Origin: Gammaproteobacteria bacterium (ex Lamellibrachia satsuma)
GTDB lineage: Bacteria > Pseudomonadota > Gammaproteobacteria > Chromatiales > Chromatiaceae
DNA: 64,000 nucleotides
Assembly: GCA_019623805.1 (NCBI GenBank)
Contig: CP053680.1
Span: forward strand, 4,224,423-4,288,422
Direction of reading: 5' to 3'
The notes below the pieces were generated by a model, which did no database searches, was not told the DNA's origin, and saw only the letters and a list, made by a program, of their open reading frames with translations. The position numbers were made by a program, and so were the translations under genes. Shown one piece after another: positions 31,178 through 41,621 of the stretch; the first letter of the stretch is position 1, and each line of letters begins with the position of its first letter.

Positions 31178-32377
31178 ATGTCGGGACGTCAGACTGTCTT
31201 GATCATCGTAATAGCCCTCGTCGTGATAACGACTGACCTCCTTAGAACGCACTCTACTCAGGCAGATGATAGTGCTAACCCACTCCTCAAACCAGAAGTC
31301 ACCAACTCGCTGAAAAGCAGATTGCCTCAACAACAAGAAACAGTAAAACAGAGCGAAATGAATCGCATCAGCCGCGCGGAGGTAGAACACGAGTACGGTA
31401 CAGACCCTAACCGGATCTGGTATCCGGAAAGCGCCATCAATACCTACGATGTCCCTAACATTGTCATCAAAGAGTCGGATGAGCCTGATGCACCGTTACA
31501 TACCTATCAATTGAATGATCGTACATGGTTTCTGTTCGGAAACATTGCCGAGACGGATGAATACAACCGTGGCTGGAACGGTAATGCCGGTTTTGTAGTT
31601 ACCAATGACGCGGTCGTTGTCATCGATTCCCTCGGCACCCCAAAACTAGGTAAGCGCTTAATCGCCACCATACAATCGATCACCGACAAACCAATTCGAT
31701 ATCTAATCGTAACCCACAACCACCCCGATCATGCCTATGGAGCGGTGGCCTTTAAACAACTGGGTGGCGTGACAATCCTGGCCCATGAAGGCGCAGAACA
31801 GTATCTCAACTCTGGTTGTTGGGAATCCTCTGTGGAATTTCGTCGAGCTTTCATTGCACCGGACATGGAAGGATTCGAGATCATATTGCCGGACATTGCG
31901 ATTGCTGGAGAGATATTCTCCAGACGGTCGATATACAACGGTGGAGTAACGTTTAACATCTACAACGTCGGAACCCACCACTCGTTTGGTGATTTGGTGA
32001 TACATCAGGTCGAAGATAATATCGTCTGGGTGTCAGACCTGGCGTTCAACGGGCGCACAACCTTCATCGGCGACGGCAACAGCGTACAGGCCCTGGAATC
32101 AATCGACTGGTTGAGCAAAACATTCCAGGATGCATGGCTCATGGTACCGGGTCATGGCAGCGCGCAAACCACCCCTTTTCCAATGATCGAGAAGACACGT
32201 TCCTATATAGAAGGGTTGCGCAACATCATGGCACAAGCCGTAGAGGACGGAATGGACTTACAGGACGCCGTTGAGCAAGCTGAATCTGAAGAGTGGAAAA
32301 AGACACGATTGTACGAACTTAATCATCGGTCTAATGCCAACTTCATTTATCGAGAGATGGAACAGGAAATGTTCTGA
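31178..32377 (+). CDS. Exported MBL-fold metallo-hydrolase (SoxH-like)
   Basis: N-terminal hydrophobic segment; NAGFVV, VIDSLG, THNHPDH, HHS, SDL, VPGHG. Confidence 0.8.
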   Translation: MSGRQTVLIIVIALVVITTDLLRTHSTQADDSANPLLKPEVTNSLKSRLPQQQETVKQSEMNRISRAEVEHEYGTDPNRIWYPESAINTYDVPNIVIKESDEPDAPLHTYQLNDRTWFLFGNIAETDEYNRGWNGNAGFVVTNDAVVVIDSLGTPKLGKRLIATIQSITDKPIRYLIVTHNHPDHAYGAVAFKQLGGVTILAHEGAEQYLNSGCWESSVEFRRAFIAPDMEGFEIILPDIAIAGEIFSRRSIYNGGVTFNIYNVGTHHSFGDLVIHQVEDNIVWVSDLAFNGRTTFIGDGNSVQALESIDWLSKTFQDAWLMVPGHGSAQTTPFPMIEKTRSYIEGLRNIMAQAVEDGMDLQDAVEQAESEEWKKTRLYELNHRSNANFIYREMEQEMF

Positions 32378-32568
32378 CTATAAAGGTAACCATGGATAGT
32401 ATGCGTAATAAGGAGTATACCAGCGTTTTTCACTTTTTCGTTACGTGAAATGCAAACAACTTGATCCATTGGAGGAACAATCATGAGCAAAACAGTAGAT
32501 GAAGTCTTGTCTACAAACGAAGCTTATGCAGCCGATTTTGGTGATAAAGGTAATCTGCCTATGCCACC

Positions 32569-33715
32569 TAGTGGGCCATGCGGTTAATTAGGTAAGGATT
32601 TCTTTGCCCTATTTACTGAGGCAATAATCTTCTCAGCAGTCTTTGTCCATCGGAATGGTTTGGCACTGTACTTGTTGTGAACCTTTACGTAGCGCTTTAT
32701 CTCATCCTCAAGGTCTTTCACGCTGGTAAACACACCACGATAGAGTGCCCGTCGTTCAAGTTGTGAAAACCAGCCTTCCACTGCGTTAAGCCAGGAAGCA
32801 CTTGTCGGTGTGAAATGGAAATGCACCCTTGGGTGCTTCTCCAGCCAGAGTTTAACTTCTGTGGTCTTATGAGCGCTGAGATTATCTAAGATGATATGCA
32901 AGTCCAAGTCCTCCGGTGTGCTCTTGTCTATCTGCTTTAGGAATTCGATAAACTCCTTGGCACGATGCCTATCGGTTACCTTAGCAATCACCTCGCCGCT
33001 AAGTATGTTGAATGCTGCGTATAAACTGGCCGTACCATTTCGTTTATAGTCATGCGTACGGCTGGCTATCCTGTTCTCGCTAAGAGGTAAGCCCGGCTGA
33101 GTTCTGTCTAATGCCTGAATTTGGGTTTTCTCATCGACCAACAGCACCATGGCGTTATTTGGTGGATCCATATACAGGCCAACAACGTCAATAACCTTCT
33201 CCGCAAACTGAGGGTCGCTGCTAATCTTGAAGGTTCTCAGGCGATGTGGCTTAAGGTCTGCTGCATCCCAAATCTGACGAACTTGCCATGTACTGATTTG
33301 AGCATATTCCGCCATCAATGCAATGCTCCAGTGCGTGGCTTCATGCGGGACTTGTTCGCAGGTCATTTTCAGAACTGTTTGTACCGTTTTTTCATCGATT
33401 ACCGTTGGCCGTCCTGAGCGGACTGCATCCTGTAATCCATCTATTCCTTCATCGTTGAACCGGTTACGCCACTTGTAGACTGTTTTCTCCGATACACCCA
33501 AGGATCTAACGATATCAACGGGTCGGTTACCAGCATCTAACTTCAGAACTATTTGTGCTCTCAGTACCAGACCGTGAGTGACACTTGTACTTCTCAACCA
33601 GCTGGATAGCTCTTCTCGATCAGCAGATGAGAGTTGAACATGGGGGGCTTTCTTTGACATGCCCCATTATAACAAGCTCACCAAATACTTACCTTATTTT
33701 CCGCATGATCCACTA
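32569..33715 (-). mobile_element. IS630-family element #1
   Basis: Ends TAGTGGGCCATGCGG / CCGCATGATCCACTA; TA duplication in CTAG. Confidence 0.93.
32584..33660 (-). CDS. IS630 transposase
   Basis: [40 protein letters not shown]. Confidence 0.95.
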   Translation of the reverse strand: MSKKAPHVQLSSADREELSSWLRSTSVTHGLVLRAQIVLKLDAGNRPVDIVRSLGVSEKTVYKWRNRFNDEGIDGLQDAVRSGRPTVIDEKTVQTVLKMTCEQVPHEATHWSIALMAEYAQISTWQVRQIWDAADLKPHRLRTFKISSDPQFAEKVIDVVGLYMDPPNNAMVLLVDEKTQIQALDRTQPGLPLSENRIASRTHDYKRNGTASLYAAFNILSGEVIAKVTDRHRAKEFIEFLKQIDKSTPEDLDLHIILDNLSAHKTTEVKLWLEKHPRVHFHFTPTSASWLNAVEGWFSQLERRALYRGVFTSVKDLEDEIKRYVKVHNKYSAKPFRWTKTAEKIIASVNRAKKSLPN

Positions 33716-33921
33716 GGCGGCAATTTCCATCCTCATCTGCATGGATGCCCGTCTCGACCCTGCAAAATATAGCGGTCTCGCAGAAGGGGATGCCCATGTG
33801 ATCCGCAATGCTGGCGGACGTGCAAGTGATGATGCCATCCGCTCCCTGGTAATTTCATACAAATTACTGGGCACAAGAGAATGCTTTGTCATCCACCACA
33901 CCGACCGTGGAATGGAGACAA

Positions 33922-34027
33922 TAAACTACCCCGCAGCAAGCTGACGGGGTATTGAGATGAATTGCCCGAAATCACAGATTTCATCGCAATGCTTTTTAAT
34001 CGCTGCAAGCAGCGGGGAATAAAACCC
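33922..34027. mobile_element. ~105-bp hairpin-ended miniature element (IS200/IS605-derived-like)
   Basis: TAAACTACCCCGCAGCAAGCTGACGGGGTATT at one end and CGCTGCAAGCAGCGGGGAAT at the other; no ORF. Confidence 0.55.
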
Positions 34028-34242
34028 CCAGAGATTGAACCATCTGCCTGGATCTCGCGTGTGAGGACAAACATCATGTTATCGATACGCGCAAACTGGC
34101 TGTCCAGCGTCTGCTCAATGACGCTGTGCTCCAGACCGTCATAAATGCTTACGCGACCATTTGCTTCGGCAAGAAGAGCTGCCTCTCTCGGGTTAAACAG
34201 GACGATCTCATAGTAATCGCTTGGCGCGTCACCTGCGGCCAA
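34028..34242 (-). pseudogene. Fragment of an unknown gene truncated at the miniature element
   Basis: YYEIVLFNPREAALLAEANGRVSIYDGLEH... reads as protein up to the hairpin element. Confidence 0.35.
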
Positions 34243-34439
34243 TGTCTGACTGGAATATCCTCCAAGAACTATAGCGAATGTCTGCTTCCGATCAACCGAG
34301 GCAAACTGGACAAGCCGAGGTGAATGAAGCCCAAGCGGGTAAACTAATCAAACAAAGCGACGACTTTCTTTCCCAGGCTACTTCTCTCCTGGAGCAGACT
34401 AAACGAAACTGACACTCAGTACTTACCGGGGAAACACCC

Positions 34440-34990
34440 GTGGCCAAATCGAAACGACAGGGTTCTAACAAGGATCGGCAGTGGGCCGAGGCTAAACGAA
34501 GCTGCCGCCTCAGCAAGGAGGATATCCGTATGGCCAGGGAACTTGACCTTAACCCCCGCTCCCTGACCACCCCCCCCTTCCCCGACCCAACAGTGGAAGT
34601 TACCGGTTAAACAGTGGATCCACGAACTCTATGAAGAGAAATAGGAAAAATCCCTGTAAAAAACGCCGTGGAACCCAGCGTTTCAAATGCAGCGCACATA
34701 CTGCAACTAGCCCTGCTCCACTGCACGCCATTGCGGACGAGTCTGCGTCGATGAAAAACAGAGACAACTCTCTGCAGGAGACTATGACGGACTGGCAAGA
34801 GTACGTTGATGGGTTGTGGAACGGATAGCCCACCATCAGGTTGGCGTCTTTATCATGGAACCGGGCAGTGATCGCTACTTGGGTCGACTCTGCACTCCCA
34901 AGGGCAAATAGGAGTGCCGTGTGCCCGGCTGTGGTTCTACACCGCTATTTCAGTAGCATGAAGATTTCGAGCTGATCGCCTCTACGCTGG
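34440..34990 (+). pseudogene. Small basic ORF (MAKSKRQ...WIHELYEE) with frameshift in a poly-C tract
   Basis: Homologous to 44914-45246; 2-nt loss at ~34566-34578; downstream Cys-containing segment with stops. Confidence 0.6.
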
Positions 34991-35106
34991 CACCGGAGAG
35001 GAGTATCCACCTCGTATGAATATGCAAAGCAAGGGATGGAGGGAGCATTTGGACTTTAACTCCAAAAAACCACACTGATGACTACACTCGTCTTTCTACC
35101 AGATCG

Positions 35107-35154
35107 TGTTACAATTCCTCGGGCTTTGTATGTTTTTCCCTATGTAATGTAACA
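35107..35154 (+). promoter_or_regulatory. Inverted repeat upstream of abiEi (candidate autoregulatory operator)
   Basis: TGTTACA...TGTAACA just before the start codon; a variant occurs before copy 2. AbiEi proteins are known to bind promoter inverted repeats. Confidence 0.4.
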
Positions 35155-35164
35155 TTCATACCTA

Positions 35165-35773
35165 ATGACTCAAACGACACAGACAGACAAGGTTCTTGAA
35201 CTGGTACAAAAGGAGGGAGTTCTGCGTCCCCGTGACCTCGATCCTTACGGCATCCCACGGATCTATCTCAGTAGACTCCACGCAGCCGGTAAGCTGCAAC
35301 GAATCGGCCGGGGACTCTATGTACTTCCCGGTACCAACGTAAGCGAGCACCGCTCTCTGGCCGAGGCCTGTAAACGCGTACCGAAAGGAGTAATCTGCCT
35401 CCTATCCGCCCTGCGTTTTCACGAACTCACTACACAGTCGCCCTTCGAAGTCTGGCTGGCCATTGCTGAGAAGGCCTGGCGGCCACGTATGGAGTACCCT
35501 CCTCTACTTATTGTCCGCTTCTCTTCGACAGCGCTCTATGCTGGCGTGGAGGAGCACCGGATTGAGGGGGTAATCGTACCCGTCTTCACACCAGCAAAGA
35601 CTGTGGCCGATTGCTTCAAGTATCGAAATAAAATTGGGCTGGATGTTTCCATTGAGGCACTCAGGGAATGCTGGCGGTCGCGGCGCTGCACCATGGATGA
35701 CCTCTGGCAATACGCTAAGGTTTGCCGTGTTCAGAACGTCATGCGACCCTATCTGGAATCGCTTGCGACATGA
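35165..35773 (+). CDS. Type IV TA antitoxin, AbiEi family (copy 1)
   Basis: wHTH (LQRIGRGLY), GVICLLSALRFHELTTQ, TVADCFKYRNKIG. Confidence 0.9.
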   Translation: MTQTTQTDKVLELVQKEGVLRPRDLDPYGIPRIYLSRLHAAGKLQRIGRGLYVLPGTNVSEHRSLAEACKRVPKGVICLLSALRFHELTTQSPFEVWLAIAEKAWRPRMEYPPLLIVRFSSTALYAGVEEHRIEGVIVPVFTPAKTVADCFKYRNKIGLDVSIEALRECWRSRRCTMDDLWQYAKVCRVQNVMRPYLESLAT

Positions 35774-36696
35774 TAGGTAAACGGGGGAGAAACACTGCGG
35801 CCTCGGTGCGGGACCGGTTACTCGAACTGGCAAGGCAGCGAGGTGAGGAGTTCCAGTTGATCCTGACCCGCTATGGACTGGAACGACTTTTGTACCGGCT
35901 GAGCCAATCGGAGTACCGCAATCGCTTCATACTGAAGGGCGCAATGCTTTTCACCCTGTGGGACGACCAGATGCATCGCCCAACCCGCGATGTAGACTTC
36001 CTCGGATTCGGCGACAGCGGAGAAGCGGCACTACGAGAAATCTTTCGCAACTTGTGCAACCTACCTGTTGAGGATGACGGTTTGGTATTCCTTGCTGACA
36101 GCGTTGGAGTTGAATCGATCCTCGATGCGGCTGAATACGGTGGCACACGCGTGGTACTGCTCGGTGAGCTGGCCGGTGCCCGCATCCCAATCCAGGCTGA
36201 TATTGGGTTCGGCGACGCCGTAACGCCTGAACCGGAAGAGGTTGAGTATCCCACACTACTGGGCTATCCGATGCCCCGCTTGTGGGTCTACCCGCGGGAA
36301 ACTGTGGTGGCCGAAAAATACCAAGCTCTGGTCAACCTGGGTATGGCAAACAGCCGGATGAAGGACTTCTATGACCTTTGGATAATGGCTCATCAGTTTG
36401 AGTTCGACGGGCTCATATTATCCGAAGCCATTTGTAACACCTTTGTACGTCGCCAAACGCCCTTACCGAAACAAACACCATCCGGCCTTAATTCAACATT
36501 CTACGATGACAAGCAGAAAAACCTGCAGTGGAATGCATTTCTAAGTAAGGGAATGCTGCTTTCCACCTCCACTCCCCCATCGATTGAGGAGGTTTGCCAT
36601 CTCCTCGAGACATTTCTTATGCAGCCAACACAGGCTCTGAAAGATGACCAAGCATTCACTGGCCAGTGGCCACCCGGTGGCCCGTGGAGAATCTGA
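35770..36696 (+). CDS. Type IV TA toxin, AbiEii nucleotidyltransferase (copy 1)
   Basis: LKGAMLF...RPTRDVDF, AEKYQA, SRMKDFYD; ATGA overlap with abiEi. Confidence 0.9.
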   Translation: MIGKRGRNTAASVRDRLLELARQRGEEFQLILTRYGLERLLYRLSQSEYRNRFILKGAMLFTLWDDQMHRPTRDVDFLGFGDSGEAALREIFRNLCNLPVEDDGLVFLADSVGVESILDAAEYGGTRVVLLGELAGARIPIQADIGFGDAVTPEPEEVEYPTLLGYPMPRLWVYPRETVVAEKYQALVNLGMANSRMKDFYDLWIMAHQFEFDGLILSEAICNTFVRRQTPLPKQTPSGLNSTFYDDKQKNLQWNAFLSKGMLLSTSTPPSIEEVCHLLETFLMQPTQALKDDQAFTGQWPPGGPWRI

Positions 36697-36867
36697 GTGG
36701 TGTTGGAGCAACCGGCTGAATATCTGAATTGGACCAGACTATGGAGATTTCTGCTCGCGAAATCATTCTTCGTAAAATCGCCGAAGTCGAACAGCAAATT
36801 GCCCTTCTCCGAAAGCAGCAAGAAGAATCTGAGACAACACTCACATCACTGAGGGAATGCCTGGCAC

Positions 36868-38011
36868 TAGTGGGACATGCGGTTAATTCTGTAATGATTT
36901 CTTTGCACGCCCAACAGCCGCCAGAATGTGGCTGGCAGGTTTAGTCCATTTAAAGGGTTTTGCGCTCTCCCTGTTATGAACCTTGATGAACCGCTCCAAC
37001 TCAGTCTTTAGTTCTGGAACGCTGGTGAACACCCCTCGGTATAACGCACGTCGCTCAAGTTGCGAGAACCAGCCTTCCACGGCATTGAGCCATGATGAAC
37101 TGGTTGGCGTAAAATGAAGGTGGATGCGCGGTCGGGAGGCCACCCATTCTCGAACAGCCTCTGTCTTGTGAGCACTCAGATTATCCATAATGATGTGCAA
37201 TTCTCGGTCTGCACGCGTGCGTCTATCAAGTAGTTTCAGAAAAGATAGAAATTTTTTGCTGTTCGTTCGATCCGAAACTTTGCCAATCACTTTTCCAGTC
37301 AGTGTGTTAAATGCAGCATAAAGACTGGTGGTGCCGTGTCTTTTGTAATCATGAGTGCGACTGCCGATCCGGCTCGGATTCAATGGTAGTCCAGGTTGGG
37401 TACGATCCAATGCCTGAATCTGCGTCTTCTCATCCACGCTGAGAATAACTGCATTCTCAGGAGGATTCATATACAGACCGACAATATCAATGACTTTATC
37501 AGCGAACTCAGGATCATTACTGATCTTAAACGTTTTCAGCCGGTGTGGACGCAGATCTGCAGCCTTCCAGATCTGACGAACCTGCCAAGGTGTCACTTCT
37601 GCGTATCGAGACATTAACTCGATGCTCCAATGTGTAGATTCCTGTGGAATTCTTTTTGTGGTCAGAAATAGAACTTTGTCGACAGTCGCCTTGTCTATGA
37701 CCGTAGGACGTCCGCAACGGACTCTTTCAAGTAGTCCATCAACGCCTTCGGCCTCAAATCGATTTCGCCAGCGGTGCACTGTCTTCGCTGATGTCCTTTG
37801 GGCAGTTGCAACTTCCATCGGTGTCATCCCTTCACTGAGTTGTAAAATAATCTTGGCTCTCATGATCTGGCCATGAGGAAGGGTTGTTGATCGGCACCAC
37901 TCTTTTAAAATCCCAGCGGCTTTATCAGTAATCTGAAATGTCTTAGGTAAACGCATTCCATATTTTACACCGTTAACGTTTTAGTTACATTATTTTACGC
38001 ATGGCCCACTA
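36868..38011 (-). mobile_element. IS630-family element #2
   Basis: Ends TAGTGGGACATGCGG / CGCATGGCCCACTA. The empty site CTGGCACTAGGTGAC is present in copy 2, which shows the TA duplication. Confidence 0.95.
36883..37956 (-). CDS. IS630 transposase
   Basis: [36 protein letters not shown]. Confidence 0.95.
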   Translation of the reverse strand: MRLPKTFQITDKAAGILKEWCRSTTLPHGQIMRAKIILQLSEGMTPMEVATAQRTSAKTVHRWRNRFEAEGVDGLLERVRCGRPTVIDKATVDKVLFLTTKRIPQESTHWSIELMSRYAEVTPWQVRQIWKAADLRPHRLKTFKISNDPEFADKVIDIVGLYMNPPENAVILSVDEKTQIQALDRTQPGLPLNPSRIGSRTHDYKRHGTTSLYAAFNTLTGKVIGKVSDRTNSKKFLSFLKLLDRRTRADRELHIIMDNLSAHKTEAVREWVASRPRIHLHFTPTSSSWLNAVEGWFSQLERRALYRGVFTSVPELKTELERFIKVHNRESAKPFKWTKPASHILAAVGRAKKSLQN

Positions 38012-40624
38012 GGTGACAACGAAGCAGCGCACAAACCAAAACATCCAGCAGAAGTTCCCGTTTCTACAACGACAAGCCTAGCACCAGACGAGAAGGTCGC
38101 ACTTTTTCTCCGCCTCTTTCAAGGCCGAGAGGATGTGTATCCGAAATTGTGGCAGAACCAAAAAACGGGCAAGAAGGGTTATTCGCCTGCATGTTCGAAT
38201 GAGTGGATTCGCGGAGTATGTGAGAAGCCCCGGGTAAAATGCGGTGAGTGCTCCAATCAGGCCTTCCTGCCAGTAACAACCGAGGTGATTCTGGACCATC
38301 TCCAGGGACGTCACATCATTGGTGTATACCCTATGCTGAAGGACGATACCTGCCGATTTATCGCAGCCGATTTTGACAAAGCAGCTTGGCATGAAGACGT
38401 TATGGCTTTTACGGAAACCTGTCGGCGAGCAGACGTTCCTTATGCCATTGAGCGTTCCCGTTCTGGGAATGGCGCACACGTCTGGTTTTTTTTCAACAAT
38501 TTTGTTTCCGCAGCGACAGCAAGGAAGATGGGCAGTTATTTTATTACGGAAACCATGGCCAGACGACATCAACTCAGCATGGCATCCTATGACCGGCTTT
38601 TCCCAAACCAGGATACCTTACCCAATGGTGGCTTCGGCAATCTCATCGCTCTCCCGCTTCAATATCACCCGCGACAGAAAGACAATACCCTCTTTCTGAA
38701 TGACGAGCTGGAGCCATTTCCAGATCAGTGGGAATTCCTCGCATCGCTGGTTCCGATTCAGGTAGAGAAGGTTGAAAAGATCGCCATGGAAGCCACAACC
38801 TGTGGCCAGGTGACTGGTCTCCAGATTTCCATTACCGAGGAGGATGTTGTTGATGCCAGCCCGTGGTTGAGGCCGCCCTCCCGAAAACCAAAGCACATTC
38901 CGATCACCAACCCCGTTCCACATCAGGTGCGAGGTATTTTATCCCAACGTTTTTACATCGAGAAAGCCGGCCTACCGTCACCCTTGATCAATCAGATCCA
39001 ACGGTTTGCCGCATTCCAGAACCCAGAGTTCTACAAGAAACAAAATCTTCGACTTTTCACGGCACTGACTCCCCGCGTAATCTCCTGCGCAGAAGATCAT
39101 GGAAAGCACATCAGTCTGCCGCGAGGGTGTCTCGACGATGTACAGACATTGCTCCAGGAATACAAAAGCCACCTTGAGGTGGAAGATCTGAGAAGCCTCG
39201 GCGATCCCGTGGATGTTAGCTTCTTCGGTGAATTGACCGATGCCCAGCACCAAGCAGCGAAAGCCATACTCGAGGACGACAACGGCGTGATCGTGGCGCC
39301 ACCTGGTTTCGGGAAAACCGTCCTTGGAACCTACCTGATCGCTGCGCGAATGTGCAGCACCTTGATCCTGGTGCATAGACAGCCGCTGTTGGAACAATGG
39401 AGATCGCAGATCGGCATCTTTCTTGACCGAGATGCGAAATCAATCGGCCAGATTGGTGGTGGGAAACGCAAGCTGACAGGGCAAATCGACGTGGCCATGA
39501 TCCAGAGCCTGTCCCGAAAAGAGACCATGGACGACATCGTGGCCAAGTATGGGCAGGTTATCATCGATGAATGCCACCATCTCCCAGCTGTTTCATTCGA
39601 GCGCGTCCTTTCTGAGATAAAGGCAAAGTATGTTGTCGGATTGACCGCCACACCGCAGCGCCGCGACGGCCACCAGCCCATCATCCATATGCAGATCGGA
39701 CCGATTCGATTCAGGGTCGATCCACGTAGTCAGTTAGCACAATGCCCCTTCGAACATCGACTTGTAGTTAAGGAAACCGGCTTTGAGCCTCCCATGCAGG
39801 CATCCGATATAACCATTCAAGTTCTATACAGTCTGTTGATAGCCGATGAAAAGCGCAATGAGCAAATCATCAATGATGTACTTCTGGCTATGTAAGAAAG
39901 TCGATCACCGATCGTGCTGACGGAACGAAAAAACCACCTTGAGGATCTCCATCAACGGTTAAAAGGCTTTGTCCGGCATATCGTCGCTCTGCAGGGAGGA
40001 CAATCGGCAAAAGAACGGCGCAAAGTCCAGGAACAACTCGCCTCTATTCCAATGGAAGAAGAGCGCCTCTTGCTGGCAACCGGAAGATACATCGGGGAAG
40101 GATTTGATGATGCACGCCTGGATACCCTGTTTCTTTCGCTACCGGTTTCGTGGAAAGGTACCCTCGTACAATATGCTGGACGACTGCACCGGCTACATCC
40201 TGGCAAACGCGAAGTGCGTATTGTCGACTACGTTGATGGCAAGGTGCCCATGCTCGCGAGAATGTATGAAAAACGACGTGTCGGTTATCGCTCTATGGGA
40301 TACCGAGAAGAGGGTAGCGGGACTTTCCTCGATTAGCCGTATAGGCCAACAGCGCTGGCCGCCCTACCCGACAAGGGCTCTTGTATCGATAGTAGTATGG
40401 ATTGACGAGTTTCAGTAGCAGAACTTGACGAAAAATTTCTAACAGAAAAATACAAGATAACGGAGTAGAAAGCTGACATCCACGGCTTTTCTAGCCGTTA
40501 CATCAGCATCTTTTTCCAGGTTTTTCGAGTGCCAGGAGTGGTTTTCTGGGCAAAAAACGCCGATTTTCTCTTAAAGTAATATGGAGATAATGACTGTATT
40601 CTATTGATTAATAGAACAATAAAA

Positions 40625-40672
40625 TGGAGGCTGAGCCCGGAATCGAACCGAGGTCCACGGCTTTGCAGGCCG
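40625..40672 (-). repeat. Exact 48-bp copy of the tRNA-Cys 3' end (att junction between elements A and B)
   Basis: TGGAGGCTGAGCCCGGAATCGAACCGAGGTCCACGGCTTTGCAGGCCG identical to 49707-49754. Confidence 0.95.
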
Positions 40673-41354
40673 TATCACTTTCTTATAATTCAATAGGTTA
40701 CGAAGTTTACCACCCGCATTACCACTCCGCTTAGTGATTTGGCGTTTGGAAACTGGCCACAAAATACCATCGAAAATCCAATAACGCCATTCTTCACCAT
40801 CAATAAATACTAATGTGATTCTTCAGGATCAGTCTTAATACCCTATTCACCGGGTAATACTCAAGCTGTCGGTGATACGCCGACTGGAATACACAAGAGC
40901 ACTCCCAAACTGCAAACCAAAGTGGAAAGCTGCCGTTAGCAGGTTTACAGCCGAGAGCACTACCATCTTCCCGTACCGGCTTAACTATCAATTCTCCATA
41001 CACAAGCGATCACTGCATTACCCTGATACCGATCACTAATTATGAATGCGGCAGTATTTTGGACATTTTGACCCAAAAAGAGGCGCTGACCGGGAAATTC
41101 TCGAGCATGCAATCCAAGCAGTAGCACAGAAGACAGGCCTGCACCTCCATGTCGAAAGATGGGCGGGCTGCGCCTCTCGCTACACCACTCTATTTACTAT
41201 TTTAACCCCGATTTTTCCATGACTTTTGAGTGAACGCAGTCTCAAGCGCAATTCGCCCTATATGAATTCGCCGCGCAGCACATAATACAAACATTGACAA
41301 TCATTGTAGCTTCCACCATATTCAGCCTTAGGCTCATTAACTCTGGAGAAAGCC

Positions 41355-41612
41355 ATGCACGTCTCCCTTACCCCAGAACTGGAAACCCGCATTAAAGCCA
41401 AAGTTGAAAGCGGTCTATACAACAATGCCAGCGAAGTCGTCCGCGAAGCATTGCGCTTTATGGATACTCACGAGGACTGGATTCACGAAGTCAAAGTCGC
41501 ACGCCTTCGCGAGCAACTGAAAGTGGGTATCGAGCAACTGGATCGTAACGAAGGTATCACCATTGAATCTAAAGAAGCTCTGGATAGCTTGTTTAAAAAT
41601 ATCAAGGGATAA
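41355..41612 (+). CDS. parD: ParD-like RHH antitoxin
   Basis: MHVSLTPELE...VESGLYNNASEVVREALR; TTGACA-17-CATATT upstream at 41294-41322. Confidence 0.85.
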   Translation: MHVSLTPELETRIKAKVESGLYNNASEVVREALRFMDTHEDWIHEVKVARLREQLKVGIEQLDRNEGITIESKEALDSLFKNIKG

Positions 41613-41621
41613 GCACCGCGA

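Larger units (their letters stand above)
32483..33921 (+). pseudogene. Beta-carbonic anhydrase (clade-D/COS-hydrolase-like), disrupted
   Basis: [29 protein letters not shown] | IS630 | ...CMDARLDP...IRNAGGR...HHTD(R)GMET. Also a frameshift, loss of the Zn-ligand Cys, and 3' truncation. Confidence 0.85.
36741..40336 (+). pseudogene. Primase-like/SF2 helicase fusion (copy 1), inactivated
   Basis: IS630 inserted near codon 43 and a GAA>TAA nonsense change at 39893-39895 relative to copy 2. Confidence 0.92.
10200..40624. mobile_element. Genomic island B (~30.5 kb) integrated in tRNA-Cys; no integrase found
   Basis: Bounded by tRNA-Cys 3' fragments at 10151 and 40625. Its end (~10210-10315) matches ~40688-40790. 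Carries IS elements, pseudogenes and TA genes. Confidence 0.8.
34305..40672 (+). repeat. Backbone copy 1: SNF2 3' end, small ORF, AbiEi, AbiEii, helicase, att. Duplicate of ~44790-49754
   Basis: Long collinear near-identity by eye. Copy 1 also has the IS630 and a few hundred extra bp around 34700-35000. Confidence 0.93.

Noticed and set aside
41080-41222. DREILEHAIQAVAQKTGLHLHVE, possibly the N-terminus of another AbiEi-type antitoxin
   Set aside because: No start or RBS, and too short to assign; probably debris.
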